Origin: the human T2T-CHM13v2.0 reference genome, Homo sapiens | Strand: one strand, 5' to 3' | Assembly: GCF_009914755.1 (NCBI RefSeq) | Contig: NC_060933.1 | Length of the DNA: 64,000 nt | Part shown: positions 38,386-55,959 of the stretch, piece by piece | How the letters are laid out: each line of letters opens with the position of its first letter | How positions within the stretch are numbered: the stretch's first letter is position 1 | Program-made: the position numbers and the translations under genes | The notes under the pieces: generated by a model | Database searches by the model: none | What the model saw: only the letters and a program-made list of their open reading frames with translations | Told to the model about the DNA's origin: nothing

Positions 38386-38630
38386 GGCCAGGCATGGTGG
38401 CTCACACTTGTAATCACAGCACTTTGGGATACTGAGGCAGGAGGATCACTTGAGGCCAGGAGTTCAAGATCAGCCTAGGCAACATGGTGAGACCTCATCT
38501 CTATAAAACATTAGCCAGGCGTGATGGCATGCACCTGTAGTCCCAGCTACTTGGGAGGCTGAGGCAGGAAGATCACCTGAGCCCAGGAGTTCAAGGGAGC
38601 TATGATCACGCCACTACATTCTAGCCTGGA
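38386..38630 (+). mobile_element. AluJ lacking 3' end/tail
   Basis: Ends at CTAGCCTGGA with no poly-A. Confidence 0.9.
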
Positions 38631-38697
38631 TTCTTCTACAAATTCTTTGACAAACTTACACTCCTAATAAGTAGTGGGAAGATTACAGGTAGTCTTA

Positions 38698-38931
38698 CTT
38701 TCCCCCAGAGGCTGCTCTTATTAACTGACTCCAGCCTGCCTGTACCTTCTGGTACCTTTCTCTGCCACCTGGAAGCCTATTCCTTTGCACCAGCTTTGGC
38801 CTGAACCCTGTGGCAAGTTTATTTGCCACCAGTAGGCTGCATGATCCTGTGGCAGCCATGAGCTCTCCAAAGAAGTTTTAATCTCAGCCTTTGTGGGAAG
38901 AGAAGGGGAGGCGAAGAGGGGCCCTTCTAAG
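38698..38931 (+). repeat. Diverged duplicate of LTR segment 34786-35322, lacking the Alu present in the source
   Basis: Colinear match CCCCAGAGGCTGCTC...CCTTCTAAG across the Alu insertion site. Confidence 0.85.
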
Positions 38932-39339
38932 CTCTTAGTATGTCATCCTAGTTTATAAACTAGTCCTGTCCATCAGTTTTTGTCTAATGCAGTTGTATCC
39001 ATAAAGTTCAGTTGTAGAAAGAAACACCCTAGCTATTTTAAGTAAAAAGGCAATATGATATGGAGAATTACATGCTTAAAAAATAATTGTTAGGGTTGAA
39101 AGGCAGCTCTGGGCTGAGTCTCCGGAAATGGTTCCTAGAACAACACACAGAAGTGGGCTTCCAGGGAAGCTGCTACCTCTGCCATAGCCGGGAAGGTGGA
39201 TAAAAAAAAACTATCAAATTCAAGAACACCAACTCAAGCACCGTTCACAGCTTAAATGTGGCTCACTCTTTGCATGTTCTGTCTCTCCGAATGATTTCCC
39301 TGCTCTCCCATCTGGTTCTGTGCCCTGGAAGCTGTATTT

Positions 39340-39370
<31 letters not shown>

Positions 39371-39984
39371 TCTGGCTCCCATTGCCATTGTCACTATTAT
39401 ATCCTGACCCAGGTTGCAGGGCTCAGTCATGACTGGGTGCTGTCAGGACAAGGGGAGCTGTAAGCCTTTGGTCTTCATCTGATTTAACCCATTATCAGAG
39501 GACTTTGCTGATGGAATTGTTTTGGTATAGTTAGTGGGCATGGTTTTTTTCAATCAATGCTTTGTGTCAGAAGACTCACATATACCAGGGCACTCCCACT
39601 GAACAGCTGCAACTATCTTTGATCCCACCCACAGTTTACAGCCTGTCCTATTTCTAGTGTGTGTCCCATAGTCTAGCTTGCATGACCCCTGACCCTCAGG
39701 TAAGCAGTGCTCCTGCCTGAGTAATGACTGGAGCCAGCGGAACCCTCCTTCACCCCTCTAAGAAGTGAGTAGGACCAAGAGATGGGCATCCCTCCTAAGC
39801 CCACTTCATGAGCGCAGGGCCCTCAGAAATCTCCAGGGGAGAAACAGCTGCCCACCCTTTTCCACAGACACGTCCCCAAACTTTGAAGGTTAGGGGCCCA
39901 ATACTCCTTGAGGAAGGAGAGACAGGAGACATAAGTAGCAAGCACTTTTAATCTCTACAGATTCTGCATTCCCCTTATAAGGAA

Positions 39985-40530
39985 ACTTAGATATCAATGG
40001 CTGCTAAGGTCACAAAAACAGAAACACCAGATGTGATGTGCCTCTTATAGTCTTGGCAAATACCACCTATAGTCCTGCCAGAGGGATTAAAGCTGAGCCT
40101 GTGTCTAGATCCAGCTGTCAATTGCCAGGAAATACAAAGGACAGAGGAACATGAAGAACTACACCGAAAGTACACAATCAGCAAAATCCAGGCTGTGGAC
40201 CCTCCACAAGTCAAACAGCCTGGGTCCGTCAACTGGTGAGCTGTCACAAAATGAAGGAGATGGAGGAGGTTTGCATAGATTAAAAAACATTTAGAAGACA
40301 CACCACCTTCTTTAAATGGGCTAGACTAAACCAAATCTTGGAATGTATACATGGATGATAACACTCCAAAAAAATATGTGGAAGTGACATAAACAATGCT
40401 CAGGAATTTTTTTTAATGGGGAGTGGAAGGGGATTTTGACAAAGTCCTTTTCTTGTCTCTAGGTGGAGTTCACCTCATTATAATTCATTAAGCCACCATT
40501 TGAGTTCTGTGGCTTCCAGTATCTGTGTCT
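39985..40530 (+). mobile_element. L1MC/ME-type 3'UTR fragment
   Basis: ATCAATGGCTGCTAA...ATCAGCAAAATCCAG...TAGATTAAAA resembles old L1 3'UTR. Confidence 0.55.
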
Positions 40531-40819
40531 TATTTACGATAACGATTATTTTTGGAAAATAAAGAAGTAAGAAAACAGAGGTGATTTGTTTCAGAGAGGA
40601 GAACGGCTCCGGGTGAAAGGTCACTGGACCTGATGAGGAGTCCTGGGTTGGAGTACCAACCGTCACTGTCTCTGGAAAGCCCTGCAGCTTCTTGGAGCCT
40701 CAGCTCCTTACTTATGTGGCAATGGACCAGTGTGGCCAACTCTGAAAGCTCCAATCACCCGTATTCCAAGGACTCTACGGTCAGAAGTTTTGGCAAGATG
40801 AGGTCATGGATTGCCTCAC

Positions 40820-41140
40820 TTTTCTTTTTTCTTTTTTTTCATTTTTTACAGACAGGGTCTTGACAAGGTCTTGCTCTGTTGCCCAGGCTGGACTGCAAAA
40901 GCACGACTGTGGCTCATTGCAGCCTCCATTGCCTGGCCTGAAGCAATCCTTCTGCCTCAGCCTCCCAAAGTGCTAGGACTAGAGGTGTGCATCACCGTGC
41001 CTGGCTAGTTTTCTATCTTTTATAGAGATGGGGTCTTATTATGTTGCCCAGGTTGGTCTTGAGCTCCTGGCCTCAAGCAATGGTTCCATCTTGGCCTCCT
41101 AAAGTGCTGGGATTACAGGCATGAGCCACTGCACCCAGCC
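40820..41140 (-). mobile_element. AluJ
   Basis: Reverse J-type dimer. Confidence 0.9.
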
Positions 41141-41239
41141 TGCCTCAGTTTTCAAGTTGATATGACCCTGGGCTATTACTAAAGTTCAAAAAGTATTTTC
41201 TAAAAAAGAAACTGTCATCTAGAAAAAGGACATGTTCAA

Positions 41240-42050
<811 letters not shown>

Positions 42051-42240
42051 GATTGAATTCCTCCATCTGCAGGGATTTACCTGAAAACGAGAAACTAACA
42101 TTGTAATAGTCACACTTATACGGCCAGGGTATCTAAGAGGCGATGTGAGAAGACCTTTGCTCTTGCCCAGATGTAGAAATGGCACCAATATAGAAGTTCC
42201 CTTGGTTTTGCTGACTGACAGTGAGGAGTAAATGTTTTCA

Positions 42241-42831
<591 letters not shown>

Positions 42832-43039
42832 CTAAAAAAAAAAAAATTATTCTGGATAACAGAGTGGACGATAGGTGATTCTGAGACTTCCAACAGAGTT
42901 CCCAGGAAACTAATGAGAACGTGAACATAGAAGAGCTTAATAAGCAATAGGACACCATGCACCTAGATGGGGTGCTTATGTTCATTTTAAACTCTTTTAT
43001 ACATGGTAAAAGTAAAATAGAGACTTCCAAAATATGAAG

Positions 43040-43280
43040 AACCATAGTGGGAAGAGCACTGGATTTTGGGCCAGAGGGATCAATGTTCAAGACTCGTCAC
43101 TTGTTGGCTGTGAAACCTCAGGCAAGTTCAGTCATTTTGCTTCTCTAAGCCTCATTTTCTGCACCAGCTAAACGTGTGATGTGCCTGCCTTGTGAGATCG
43201 TAGGGAGGGCTGGATCTGATGATGTGGGTGAAGGTGCCCACCGCAGCCTGTGTGACTCTCAGCATGTGCTCTACAAATGT
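43040..43280 (+). mobile_element. MIR
   Basis: AAGAGCACTGGATTTTGG...GGCAAGTT...CTCTAAGCCTCATTTTC. Confidence 0.6.
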
Positions 43281-43379
43281 AAGCCCTTTGTCCCTTTTCT
43301 CTTGCACCCAGTAAGTTCTCATTAACTAACAGTTCAAGTTAAATCTAAACTGTGATCTCAAGACTAAACAGAACTTAAT

Positions 43380-43720
43380 TATTCTCTGGTCCAGCCCCCT
43401 TCTGAGGCCAGTAACTCGGCTTCAATATCTCTTCCAGATGGAAAGCCAGCCTCTGCACACTCTCAGGAAAGGATACTCACTCGGCTTAAGGCAGCCCCTT
43501 CAAGCTCTGGGCAGCTCTGCCTATTACCAGGTTATTTTCTGGACTGAGTTGAAATCTGTCTTCCAGGTCTTCCTCCCAGGAACCAGACTATAGCCCTTTT
43601 CTGACTGCTTGAGCACTGACTCCTTGAATTTGAGCCATGTGCAGCCCCTCCCTGGTTCTCTGGATGACACAGTCACTCTCTGCCAAGGTTACTGCCTCTT
43701 CCATTGCACCGGGTGGTTGG
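43380..43720 (-). mobile_element. L3/CR1 fragment
   Basis: AGGCAGCCCCTTC...GGGCAGCTCTG...TGAGTTGAAATCTGTCTTCC. Confidence 0.45.
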
Positions 43721-43901
43721 TCTGCATTGGTCAGAATTACATGTGGAGTAGCCATTTCCCACAGCACCCACTCCCTACAGGTCAGATGCTGGCCATCAAG
43801 CCACAGACCAAATCTGGATTGTGGATGTGTTTTTTGACCTCACAGTGTTTTTTAAAAAATGGAATTAACCAGAAGCTTTCACATTTTAAAAAATCCAGGT
43901 A

Positions 43902-44194
43902 GGCCGGGTGTGGTGGCCCACGCCTGTCATCCCAGCACTTTGGGAGGCCGAGGTGGGTGGATCACCTGAGGTCAGGAATTTGAGACCAGCCTGACCAACA
44001 TGGTGAAACCCCGTCCCTACTAAAAATACAAAAATTAGCCGGGCTTGGTGGCGGGCGCCTGTAATCTCAGCTACTCGGGAGACTGAGGCAGGAGAATTGC
44101 TTGGAGGCGGAGGTTACAGTGAGCTGAGATTGCGCCATTGCACCCCAGCCTGGGCAACAAGAGCAAAACTCTGTCTCAAAAAAAATAAAAATAA
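43902..44194 (+). mobile_element. AluSq-like, within a MER103C-like relic
   Basis: TSD AAATCCAGGTA. Confidence 0.93.
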
Positions 44195-44974
44195 ATCCAG
44201 GTAATTATAGAAAATTTGTCAATACCATTACCAAGTCTTCTTTCCCATATGCTAGGATTTGGCTGGAGCTGAGTAGAAGCTACTCCAGACACAGGGGCAC
44301 AGGGGTCGGCCATTCACCTAGCTGTCTTATGCCCACTGGCCCACCATTTATGTTTAATACTTGTTTCCTATAGGCATTAGAGTTTGCAACCTGAACTCCA
44401 TTCAACGGGGTCCTCCTTGTAGGTAAACAGTTCACTTTTAGTCAGGACCACCGTAATGCACATCCTCAAAAGTAACTTGACTTTCTGCAAAATCCTTTTT
44501 GGATGCCACCTTTGAATATTCATCCTAAAGAAACACTTCCATGTGTTCTTAAGTAACATGAGTAAATATTTTATCACACTATTGCTAATAATAAAGATTA
44601 GCTGAGAATAATTTAAATACCTATCTACTGGCAAGTGACTAAGTCAATTGAAGTATCTCCATGTCATGGAATACTATAAAATAATAAAATAATATAGACA
44701 TAAAATCATATAGTATATTAAAGTAGTATATTAATAATTAATATACTATAGTAATAAGATAGTAATAATAGTAATAGGCTATATGTTCAGACTTTAAAAA
44801 ATCTCTATATTAAGTAAAAATAGTAAGTTGCAATATAATATAAAATATATAATTTATATGTAAAAAACAAATAACGTATTTACATATAGGTACATGTATG
44901 TAAATAGGTAGAAAAAGCCTGAGAAGACAACACACTAAATTTATAGCAGTAGTTACTTTTAAAATGGGACTGGA

Positions 44975-45278
44975 GGTTGGGTGCAGTGGCTCATGCCTGT
45001 AATCCCAGCACTTTGGGAGGCAGAGGTGGGCAATCACCTGAGGTCAGGAGTTCAAGACCAGCCTGGCCAACACGGTGAAACCCCGTCCCTACCAAAAATA
45101 CAAAACCTTAGCCCGATGTGATGGCACACACCTGTAGTCCCAGCTACTTGGGAGGCTGAGGCACAAGAATCGCTTCAGCCTGGAAGGCAGAGGTTGCAGT
45201 GAGCCGAGATCGTGCTATTGCACTCCAGCATGGGCAACAAGAGCGAAACTCTGTCTCAGAAAAATAAATAAAATAAAA
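44975..45278 (+). mobile_element. AluS in an L1ME-like 3' end
   Basis: TSD AAAATGGGACTGGA. Confidence 0.93.
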
Positions 45279-46239
45279 TGGGACTGGAATTAGGGATAAT
45301 AGTCAAGAAAGACTTTGGCTGTATTAGTATTGTTTTGATTTTTTTAGTGAGAATGTATTTATGTCTTGTTTGGGTTGTAGAAATCAAATTAAAAAGACAA
45401 TTCCTGCTGTGCGCAGAAGCTCATTTCTAACACCAAGACGGAATGTGAAGAAATAAATCACCCAGAATCACATTCTGTTTGTGAGCTTAGTTAACATGTC
45501 ATGCATTTCTACAGAGTCTGTAACTCCAGGCTTTTTTGGGGATAGTTCCAATTTCAAATATTCTGTGTCCTCATAACTACACTCATTCTTGCCAGACGTA
45601 GGCTTCTGACTTTAGGTATGGAAAATACAGTCACTGTATACCTTATACAAATTGCTGTTTCTAAGCAACTATGTATCAAGGATATATCAAATTTACCAAA
45701 AATATACCCTGGAAGCCTTTGTGTCCCCAAACAGGGTTCCATAATGCATCACTTCTGACCAATATAAATTCTTGTGGGCTCAGAGGATGAGGGAAATTCA
45801 TCCAAGTGTTCCACCTCGGCTCCAAATGACATAATGACAGCCCAGTTGAAAATAGCACGCAGAGGGCATTGTGCTGTGGGGTCGTGATGCCTGCAGGCCC
45901 TCGCATTCCTTCAGAGGCTGAGCGCTGAAACTGGCGTCTACCAGCACCCCCTCACCTCCAGACAGACGCCTGGCTCTGTGTGAGGCAGTCCAGGGAGAGG
46001 CTGGCTGGGGTATTTCCACGTCTCACAGGAGCCTCCTATCTAAGACATCTGAGACAAGACTGGGATTTGGTCTCGGAGCAGAGGAGGAGAGGACTACTCA
46101 CAAAATCACAGACCTTCTGATGAGACATAACCTGATGTGTAAAGGTACTAACAGGACCGGACAAGCCCAGGAGGTAAGCTTCCCCCAGAGAAGGAACTCA
46201 GCCACAGCAGAAGGATCTGAAGTTTTTTAATTTCATTTT

Positions 46240-46385
46240 TTTTCTTCTTCTTCTTCTTTTTTTTTTTTTAGAGATAGGATCTTGCTATGTTGCCCAGGCT
46301 GGTTTCAAATTCCTGGACTCAAGCGATTATCCCACCTTGGCCTCCGGAAGTGCTGGGGTTACAAGTGTGAACCACGTACCTGGCC
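46240..46385 (-). mobile_element. FLAM / Alu left monomer
   Basis: Monomer-length reverse Alu. Confidence 0.8.
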
Positions 46386-46622
46386 CTGAATTTTGATTGG
46401 GCCAAGAGGAGTGATACAAATGTAAAGAAAACCACAGTGAGATTCCTCTTCACACCCATTAGTATGGCTGTTATTAAAAACAACAACAGCACAAAAACAA
46501 AAAATAACACATGTTGGCAAGGATGTGGTGAAATTTGAACTCTAGTGCATTACTGGTAGAAATGTGAAAGGGTGAGTCTGCTGGGAAAAATAGTCTGGCA
46601 GTTCCTTGAAAAATTAACTTCA

Positions 46623-46925
<303 letters not shown>

Positions 46926-46984
46926 TTAACTTCAGAATTACCCTATGATCCAGTAATTCTACTTCCAGGTATATCTCCAAAAGA

Positions 46985-46989
46985 TTTTG

Positions 46990-47020
<31 letters not shown>

Positions 47021-47297
47021 GATACGAAGTCTCACTCTGTTGCCTAGGCTGGAGTGCAGTGGTGCGAGCTCACTGCAGCTTCTGTCTCCTGGGTTCAAGC
47101 AATTCTCCTTCCTCAGCTTCCCGAGTAGTAGCTGGGATTACAGGCATATGCCACCACAACTGGCTAATTTTTGTATTTTTAGTAGAGACAGAGTTTCGCT
47201 ATGTTGGCCAGGCTGGTCTCAAACTGACCTCAAGTGATCCATCTGCCTCAGCCTCCTGAAATGCTGGGTTTACAAGTGTGAACCACTGTACCTGGCC
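46985..47297 (-). mobile_element. AluS
   Basis: Reverse dimer, (TTTTG)n tail. Confidence 0.93.
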
Positions 47298-48156
47298 AGA
47301 AGATTTGAAAGCAGAGACTCAAACAGATATTTGTACACCAATATTCCAAACAAGGGCTGAAAGGTGGAAGCAACACAAATGTACCTCGACTGGTGAACAG
47401 ATCAAGAAAATGTGGTATGTACATATAATAGAATATTACTCAGCCTTAAGAGGAAGACAATTTTTATTCATGCTACGACAGGAATGAACCTTGAAGACAT
47501 TTTGCTAAGTGAAATAAGCCAGTCACAAAAGGGCAAATACTGTGTGTGATTCCACTTACATGAGGTACCAACAATAGCCAAATTCAGGAAGACAGCAATT
47601 AGAATGGGGTCTCCAGGCCAGGTGGAGGAGTGGGGAATTATTCAGAGTTACTGCTTAATGGGTACAGAGTATCAGTTGGGGAAGATGGAAAAGTTCTGGA
47701 AATGGATAATGGTGATGGTTGCAGAACAGTGTGAATGTACTTCATGCCACTGAATTGTACACTTAAAATGGTTAAAATGGTAAATTTGATGTTATCTATA
47801 TGGAACCACAGTTTTTTATAAAAGGATGAAACTCAGAAAGCCAGAGTCACCTCAAAGGTCTCTGCTGCTGCTCAGGCGTCAGCCTACTGTGAATGGACGG
47901 GATTGTGGGAACGAAGCCTTAGATAAGGTATTAGAGCTGGTTATATGCCATTCCACAGGAAAGGCCATCGTAATCCAGAGGGAGTCAAAACTAATGACAC
48001 CTTCCGATGGGTTGAGCTTGGCTCTTTATTCTTGCTTTGGTGGTCGTCAGGAGGGTAGAAATTTATCTTCAACGCCACACAGTGTGTGTTGTGCTCAGCT
48101 TCCCTTAGAAGGTTATGCTTTTCTTCTTTACTTTTTTCCCTTCCTTAGGAGGGAAA

Positions 48157-48322
48157 AATTTTTCAAGGAACTGCCAGACTATTTTTCCCAGCAGACTCAC
48201 CCTTTCACATTTCTACCAGCAATGCACTAGAGTTCAAATTTCACCACATCCTTGCCAACTTGTGTTATTTTGTTGTTTTTGTGCTGTTGTTGTTTTTAAT
48301 AACAGCCATCCTAATGGGTGTG
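48157..48322 (-). repeat. Inverted local duplicate of 46451-46615 flanked by 14-bp direct repeat
   Basis: Reverse complement matches the source with ~4 differences; CCTTCCTTAGGAGG at 48139-48152 and 48323-48336. Confidence 0.95.
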
Positions 48323-48694
48323 CCTTCCTTAGGAGGCAGCCACATATGAAATCCATGTGCCTGTGTTAATGCAAAGGTGGAATTTCCTATGGCTGGCATG
48401 CTCACTGCACAGGGATGGAAGGCCAGTTGGGTGGAAAGGATGAGAAAGCTGAGGTCCTGGAGGGCTTTGAGGGACGGGGTATTATTGTAGAACCCTGTCG
48501 TATGTCTGCGGAAGATGGGGAATGTGAGATAAGATTGCTGCATGGCCAAGAGGGTAGGGTGTGAGTATTGAAGCACTGGAGGGGTGTGGTGTATGTTTAC
48601 AAAAGCTCTCATTAAGAGATTCTTATCCCAACTCCGGGAGGCAGGCATGACTATGGACTATCTCTATAGATTGGATAAGAAAGTGAGGCTTAGA

Positions 48695-48998
48695 GACCGG
48701 GAGCGGTGGCTCACGCCTGTAATCCCAGCACTTTGGGAGGCCAAGGCAGGTGGATCACCTGAGGTCAGGAGTTCAAGACCAACCCGGTCACCATGATGAA
48801 ACCCCATCTCTACTAAAAAATTACAAAAATTAGCCCGGCATGGTGGTGCGTGCCTGTAGTCCCAGCTACTAGGGACTCAGGAGGCTGAGGCAGAAGAATC
48901 ACTTGAACCCAGGAGGCGAAGTTTGCAGTGAGCCGAGATCACGCCACTGCACTCTAGCCTGGGCAACAGAGTGAGACCCCATCTAAAAAAAAAAAAAA
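48695..48998 (+). mobile_element. AluSx-like inserted in MIR
   Basis: TSD AAGAAAGTGAGGCTTAGAG. Confidence 0.95.
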
Positions 48999-49236
48999 GA
49001 AAGTGAGGCTTAGAGAGAAGAAGGAATGTATCTAAATTGCTGCAATGAATTAGCAGTGCCGCCGGAACCAGAACTATATTTCCTGTACCCAGGTCCAAGG
49101 CATTTAGTACTTGTCCTACGGAATCTAAAAATTGAGGGTCTCAAGCACATTATTGGCTCTCACTGACACATTACATGGTAAATTAGCAAGTATAGCAATT
49201 CAGACTGAAGCTAGAATAATTATTGATACAATAGGT

Positions 49237-49891
49237 GTGGCTACAATTCAAAAATGGCCCCCATGATCTCTTCCCTCTGGTTTCATGCCCTTGGGTATGG
49301 GTGTGACCTGTGACCTACTTCCAACATAGAATATGGCAGAGGTTATGGGATATCACTACTGTAATTACATTATATTGTATAGCAAAAGCGACAGGAGTTT
49401 GCAGATGTTATTAAGGCCCTAATCAGTTGACTTTGAATTAATCAAAAGGCAGATTATCCTGGGTGGGCCTGACCCAATCAGAGGAGTCCTTTATAAAGGG
49501 CTCAGGCATTCCCGAAAGTCAGAGATTCCAAGCAGCAGACAGTAAGGGTCCTTTCTCTCTCTCTCTCTCTCTCTGTCTCTCTCCACACACCCCCTTTCCT
49601 CTGCTGCTGACTTTAAAGAAGCAAGCTGCCATAAATTCTACAGCTACAAAGAAGTGAATTCTTTCAAAAACCTGAGGAAATTTAGAAGCAGTTCCTCCCC
49701 TAGTCTAGCCTGAAAATAATGCAACTCAGACAGCACCTTGATTTTAGCCCTCTGGGATCCTGAGAAGGGAACTCAGTTAAATCACACCTGGATTCCTGAT
49801 CTTGGACTTCCAATGCAGAAAATAGTAAGGACGTTGTTTTAAGCTGCTTCATTTGTGGTAATTTGTTATGCTGCAATGGAAAACCAATATA
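49237..49891 (+). mobile_element. MLT1E-like MaLR LTR
   Basis: TGTGG...AAAATGGCCCCC; CCTAATCAGTTGACTTTG; GTTGTTTTAAGCTGC...GTGGTAATTTGTTATG end. Confidence 0.75.
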
Positions 49892-49997
49892 ATAGGTAAG
49901 TAAATTGGTTCTGTCCAAAAATATTTAGAGAGAAAAACCATATCCTAAGGGGTTGCCAAATGAACGTAACTTCAGAAGGTATAAGAATCCACCTACC

Positions 49998-50541
<544 letters not shown>

Positions 50542-51156
50542 CTAGCTGAATCCTTATCCTCTTCAGCTCCTCTTAAAGTTTAAAGATACATAAAACTGTG
50601 GAGTTCAGGAGGTGCTTTGGCACATAGGATTTCATTGAGTCTTGCTAACAACCATGCAAGGAAGGTATTATTTTTATACCCACTTGACAGATGAGGAAAC
50701 TCAGACTCAGGTTTGGAGAATGGTTCTTTTAACACATATTCATAAGGCACTTTCTCTCAGACACTGTTCTAGGTACTGATGATGCATCAGTGAAACAAAC
50801 ACACAAAAGGAGCTTATAGTACAGGAGAGCTTACAGTGGGCATTAAATGATGTATGTAGATATTAAATAATCTGCCTAGAATTCTGGTTAACAAAGAGTG
50901 AAAATTAGAGCCCTGATCTATCTAGCTTCCAAAGTCTATATTTTTGGCACTATAAAAAGATTTAATTTGAATTCCCTGCTCTGACATTAAAATTGTTTTG
51001 TAAATGTGTGTATACACATGTATTTTCCTTTCTTTCAGTATTGTATTCCTTAAAAGGAAGTTACTATGCATAACCCATGCTTAAGGAGTGGGGTAATTAT
51101 GCGCTCTGTTTTTTAGGGTGGAATATCCGCATAATTTATTTGGAATTCTCTCTCTC

Positions 51157-51655
<499 letters not shown>

Positions 51656-51988
51656 TGACATATCCCCAACAAAGTTGTTGCACAAATTTGAGCACTTCCT
51701 TACTTTCTGGCACTACAAGATGCTCCAGGCTCATCTTATATATTCCGGCCCCAGTCCTAGAATCAAACATTTCTCCAAGCAGCCCTGACTGCTCATACTG
51801 AAGAATGGTATTAGCAGTCAGGATCTGCCCAGTAGGTGCACTCACTGCTACTGAGGCACTTTTACTTCTGTATTTTTAGATTGAGCACTTTATCTCTGAG
51901 TGAAGTAATTATAATTAAGTCTTCCATATTTTGTATACAGGTTGATTCTAAAAGTTAAAGTAAGTAAACAGCAAAAGAATGAATTTGG

Positions 51989-52393
<405 letters not shown>

Positions 52394-52937
52394 TTAAATG
52401 CTTAGAAGAAAACATAGGCATAAATCTTTATGAACTTGGATTAAGTAATAATTTTAAAAATATGACACCAAGAACATAAGTAACCAATAAAAAAGTAGGT
52501 AAGTTGGACCTCGTCAAGTTAAAAACTTTTGTGGTTCAAAAGACGTTATCAAGAAAGTAAAAAGACAGCACACAGAATGGAAGAAAATATTTGTATATCA
52601 TATACGATCTTACATGATAAGATTCTAGTACTAGAATATATAAAGAACTCTTAAAACTCAACAGTCAAAAAGACAACCTAATTATTAAATGGGCAAAGGA
52701 TTTGAATAGACATTTTCCCAAACAAATATACAAATGGGCACTGATAACATTAAAAAGAAGCTCAATGTCATTAGTCATTAAGGAAATGCAAATCAAAATC
52801 ACAATAAAATACCACATCACACCCACTAGGATGGCTATAATAAAAAACTTGGACAATAATAAGTGTTGGAGAGGATGTGGAAAAATTGAAACCCTCATAG
52901 ATGGCTGGTGGGAATAAAACAATTTTGCAGTTTCTCA

Positions 52938-53575
<638 letters not shown>

Positions 53576-54186
53576 AGGTTAGATCTAGAGTTACCATATG
53601 ACCCACAAATTCTATTCCTAGATATATATTCAAGAAAACTGAAAGCACATGTTAATAAAATGTTTATATCAACATTATTCATAATAGCCAAAAAGTGAAA
53701 ATAACCCAAATGTCTACCAACTGATGAATAGAGAAAGAAAATGTGGCATGTCCATACAATGGAATATTATTCAGCATTAAAAGGGAATGAGGTACTGATG
53801 CATGCTACAACATAGGAAACTTGAAAGCATTATGTTAAGTGAAACAATCCAGACACAAAGGCTACATGTTATATTATTTCATTTATGTGAAATGCCCAGA
53901 ATAGGTAAATCCATAAAGACAGAAAGTAGATTAGTAGTTGCCAGCAGCTGGGGAAAGGGGCTATGGGGTGTGACCGCTAATGGGCACAGGGTTTCTTTTT
54001 GGGGTTATGAAAATGTCCTGAAATTAGCTAACAGTGATGGTTACCCCCTCTGTAGATCCGCTAAAACCCACTGGATTTTATACTTTAAAGGGGTGAATTT
54101 TATCACATGTGAATTAATCTCAATCAATAACTAAAGCTTAGAGATACTTTTAGGCTTAAAAAATGTTTATAGCAACATTATTCACA

Positions 54187-54339
54187 GGCTGGGCACAATG
54201 GCTCATGCCTGTAATTCCAGCACTTTCGGAGGATCACTTGTACCCAGGCGTTCAAGGCTGCAGTGAACTGTGATTGAGCCACTGCACTCCAGCCTGGGTG
54301 ACAGAGTGAGACCTTGTCTCAAAAAAAAAAAAAAAAAAA
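54187..54339 (+). mobile_element. Alu monomer (FRAM/FAM-like or internally deleted AluJ)
   Basis: Head joined directly to right-arm sequence and A tail. Confidence 0.8.
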
Positions 54340-54538
54340 CTTTTAAAAATTAATAAGCAGCATTACATTATATAGTAATTAGATACATAGATGATAGATA
54401 ATACATGTTTGAGTCACGTGGGGTAAATTCCTATGAGTGGAACTTTTACATGAAAGTGTGTATGCATTTTTTTTTCTCTAGACCTCCTCCATAGTCAAGG
54501 TATAATAAGTGTTTTTTAGTTTAGTTTTGTGTTTTTAA

Positions 54539-54778
<240 letters not shown>

Positions 54779-55007
54779 TAGCTCTCCCACATCTCATAGT
54801 GTCTCACTGTAGTTTAATTAGCATTTCTCTTATGTGTAAGAATAAGCATCTTTTCATATATTTTTAAGACATTGTCCTTTTCTTTTGTTTGTCCATGTTC
54901 TTTGCCCAATTTTCTATTGAATTATTGGTCTATATTTCATTGAGTTTTAAGAATGTTTAATATACTACTAAAATTAGCCTTTACTGATTCATTGATTCAT
55001 GTGTTCA

Positions 55008-55355
<348 letters not shown>

Positions 55356-55959
55356 TCAAAGTTTGCTAACTGCTGTATACAATCTGGTGTTGCTTCAAGA
55401 GTTCCAGTGACCTGTCTTTCGGGATGTTTCATTCTCCTGCTTCAATCCACTCTCACTTCTTCAGGTCTCTTGCTCAATTGTCTGCTGGGACAGCCTCTAC
55501 TGCTTGCCGGGTTGGTTTCACTGTTCATGGAACCCGTGTCTTTATTTTCCTGGCATTCTCCTTCATTTTCCTGTTGCACTTTTTGGTGGTTGTTGTTGTC
55601 CCACTGCTTCACTGCCCTTCCCCCACCAGCAGAACTTGGACGCTTTTGAGCTCTGTGATTTGGGACAAGCAATGGGACCTCCCTGACCCTCAGCTTTCTC
55701 CTCTGTGAAGATGATAATACCTTCCCCACAGGATGAATTGAGATGATGGAGTGGAGAGTGCTCAGGGCTGTGGCTGGCATGTTGTAGGAGATCAGAAATG
55801 GTGGCCCATCTGGAGCTAAGCAGTGACGCAGTGCTCCTCCTCCCTCCGCTCCTCTCCCCATCTCCCTCAACAGGACTTCTTCTCCAGCCCTCACCTTCAA
55901 AGAAGGATTATATGGTCATGCGCACCAAGGCATCTCCAGGAATCAGAACGGTTCATGAG

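Noticed and set aside
52665-52922. ORFs resembling the L1 ORF2 C-terminus
   Set aside because: Decayed L1MB fragment broken by stops and Alus; not a gene
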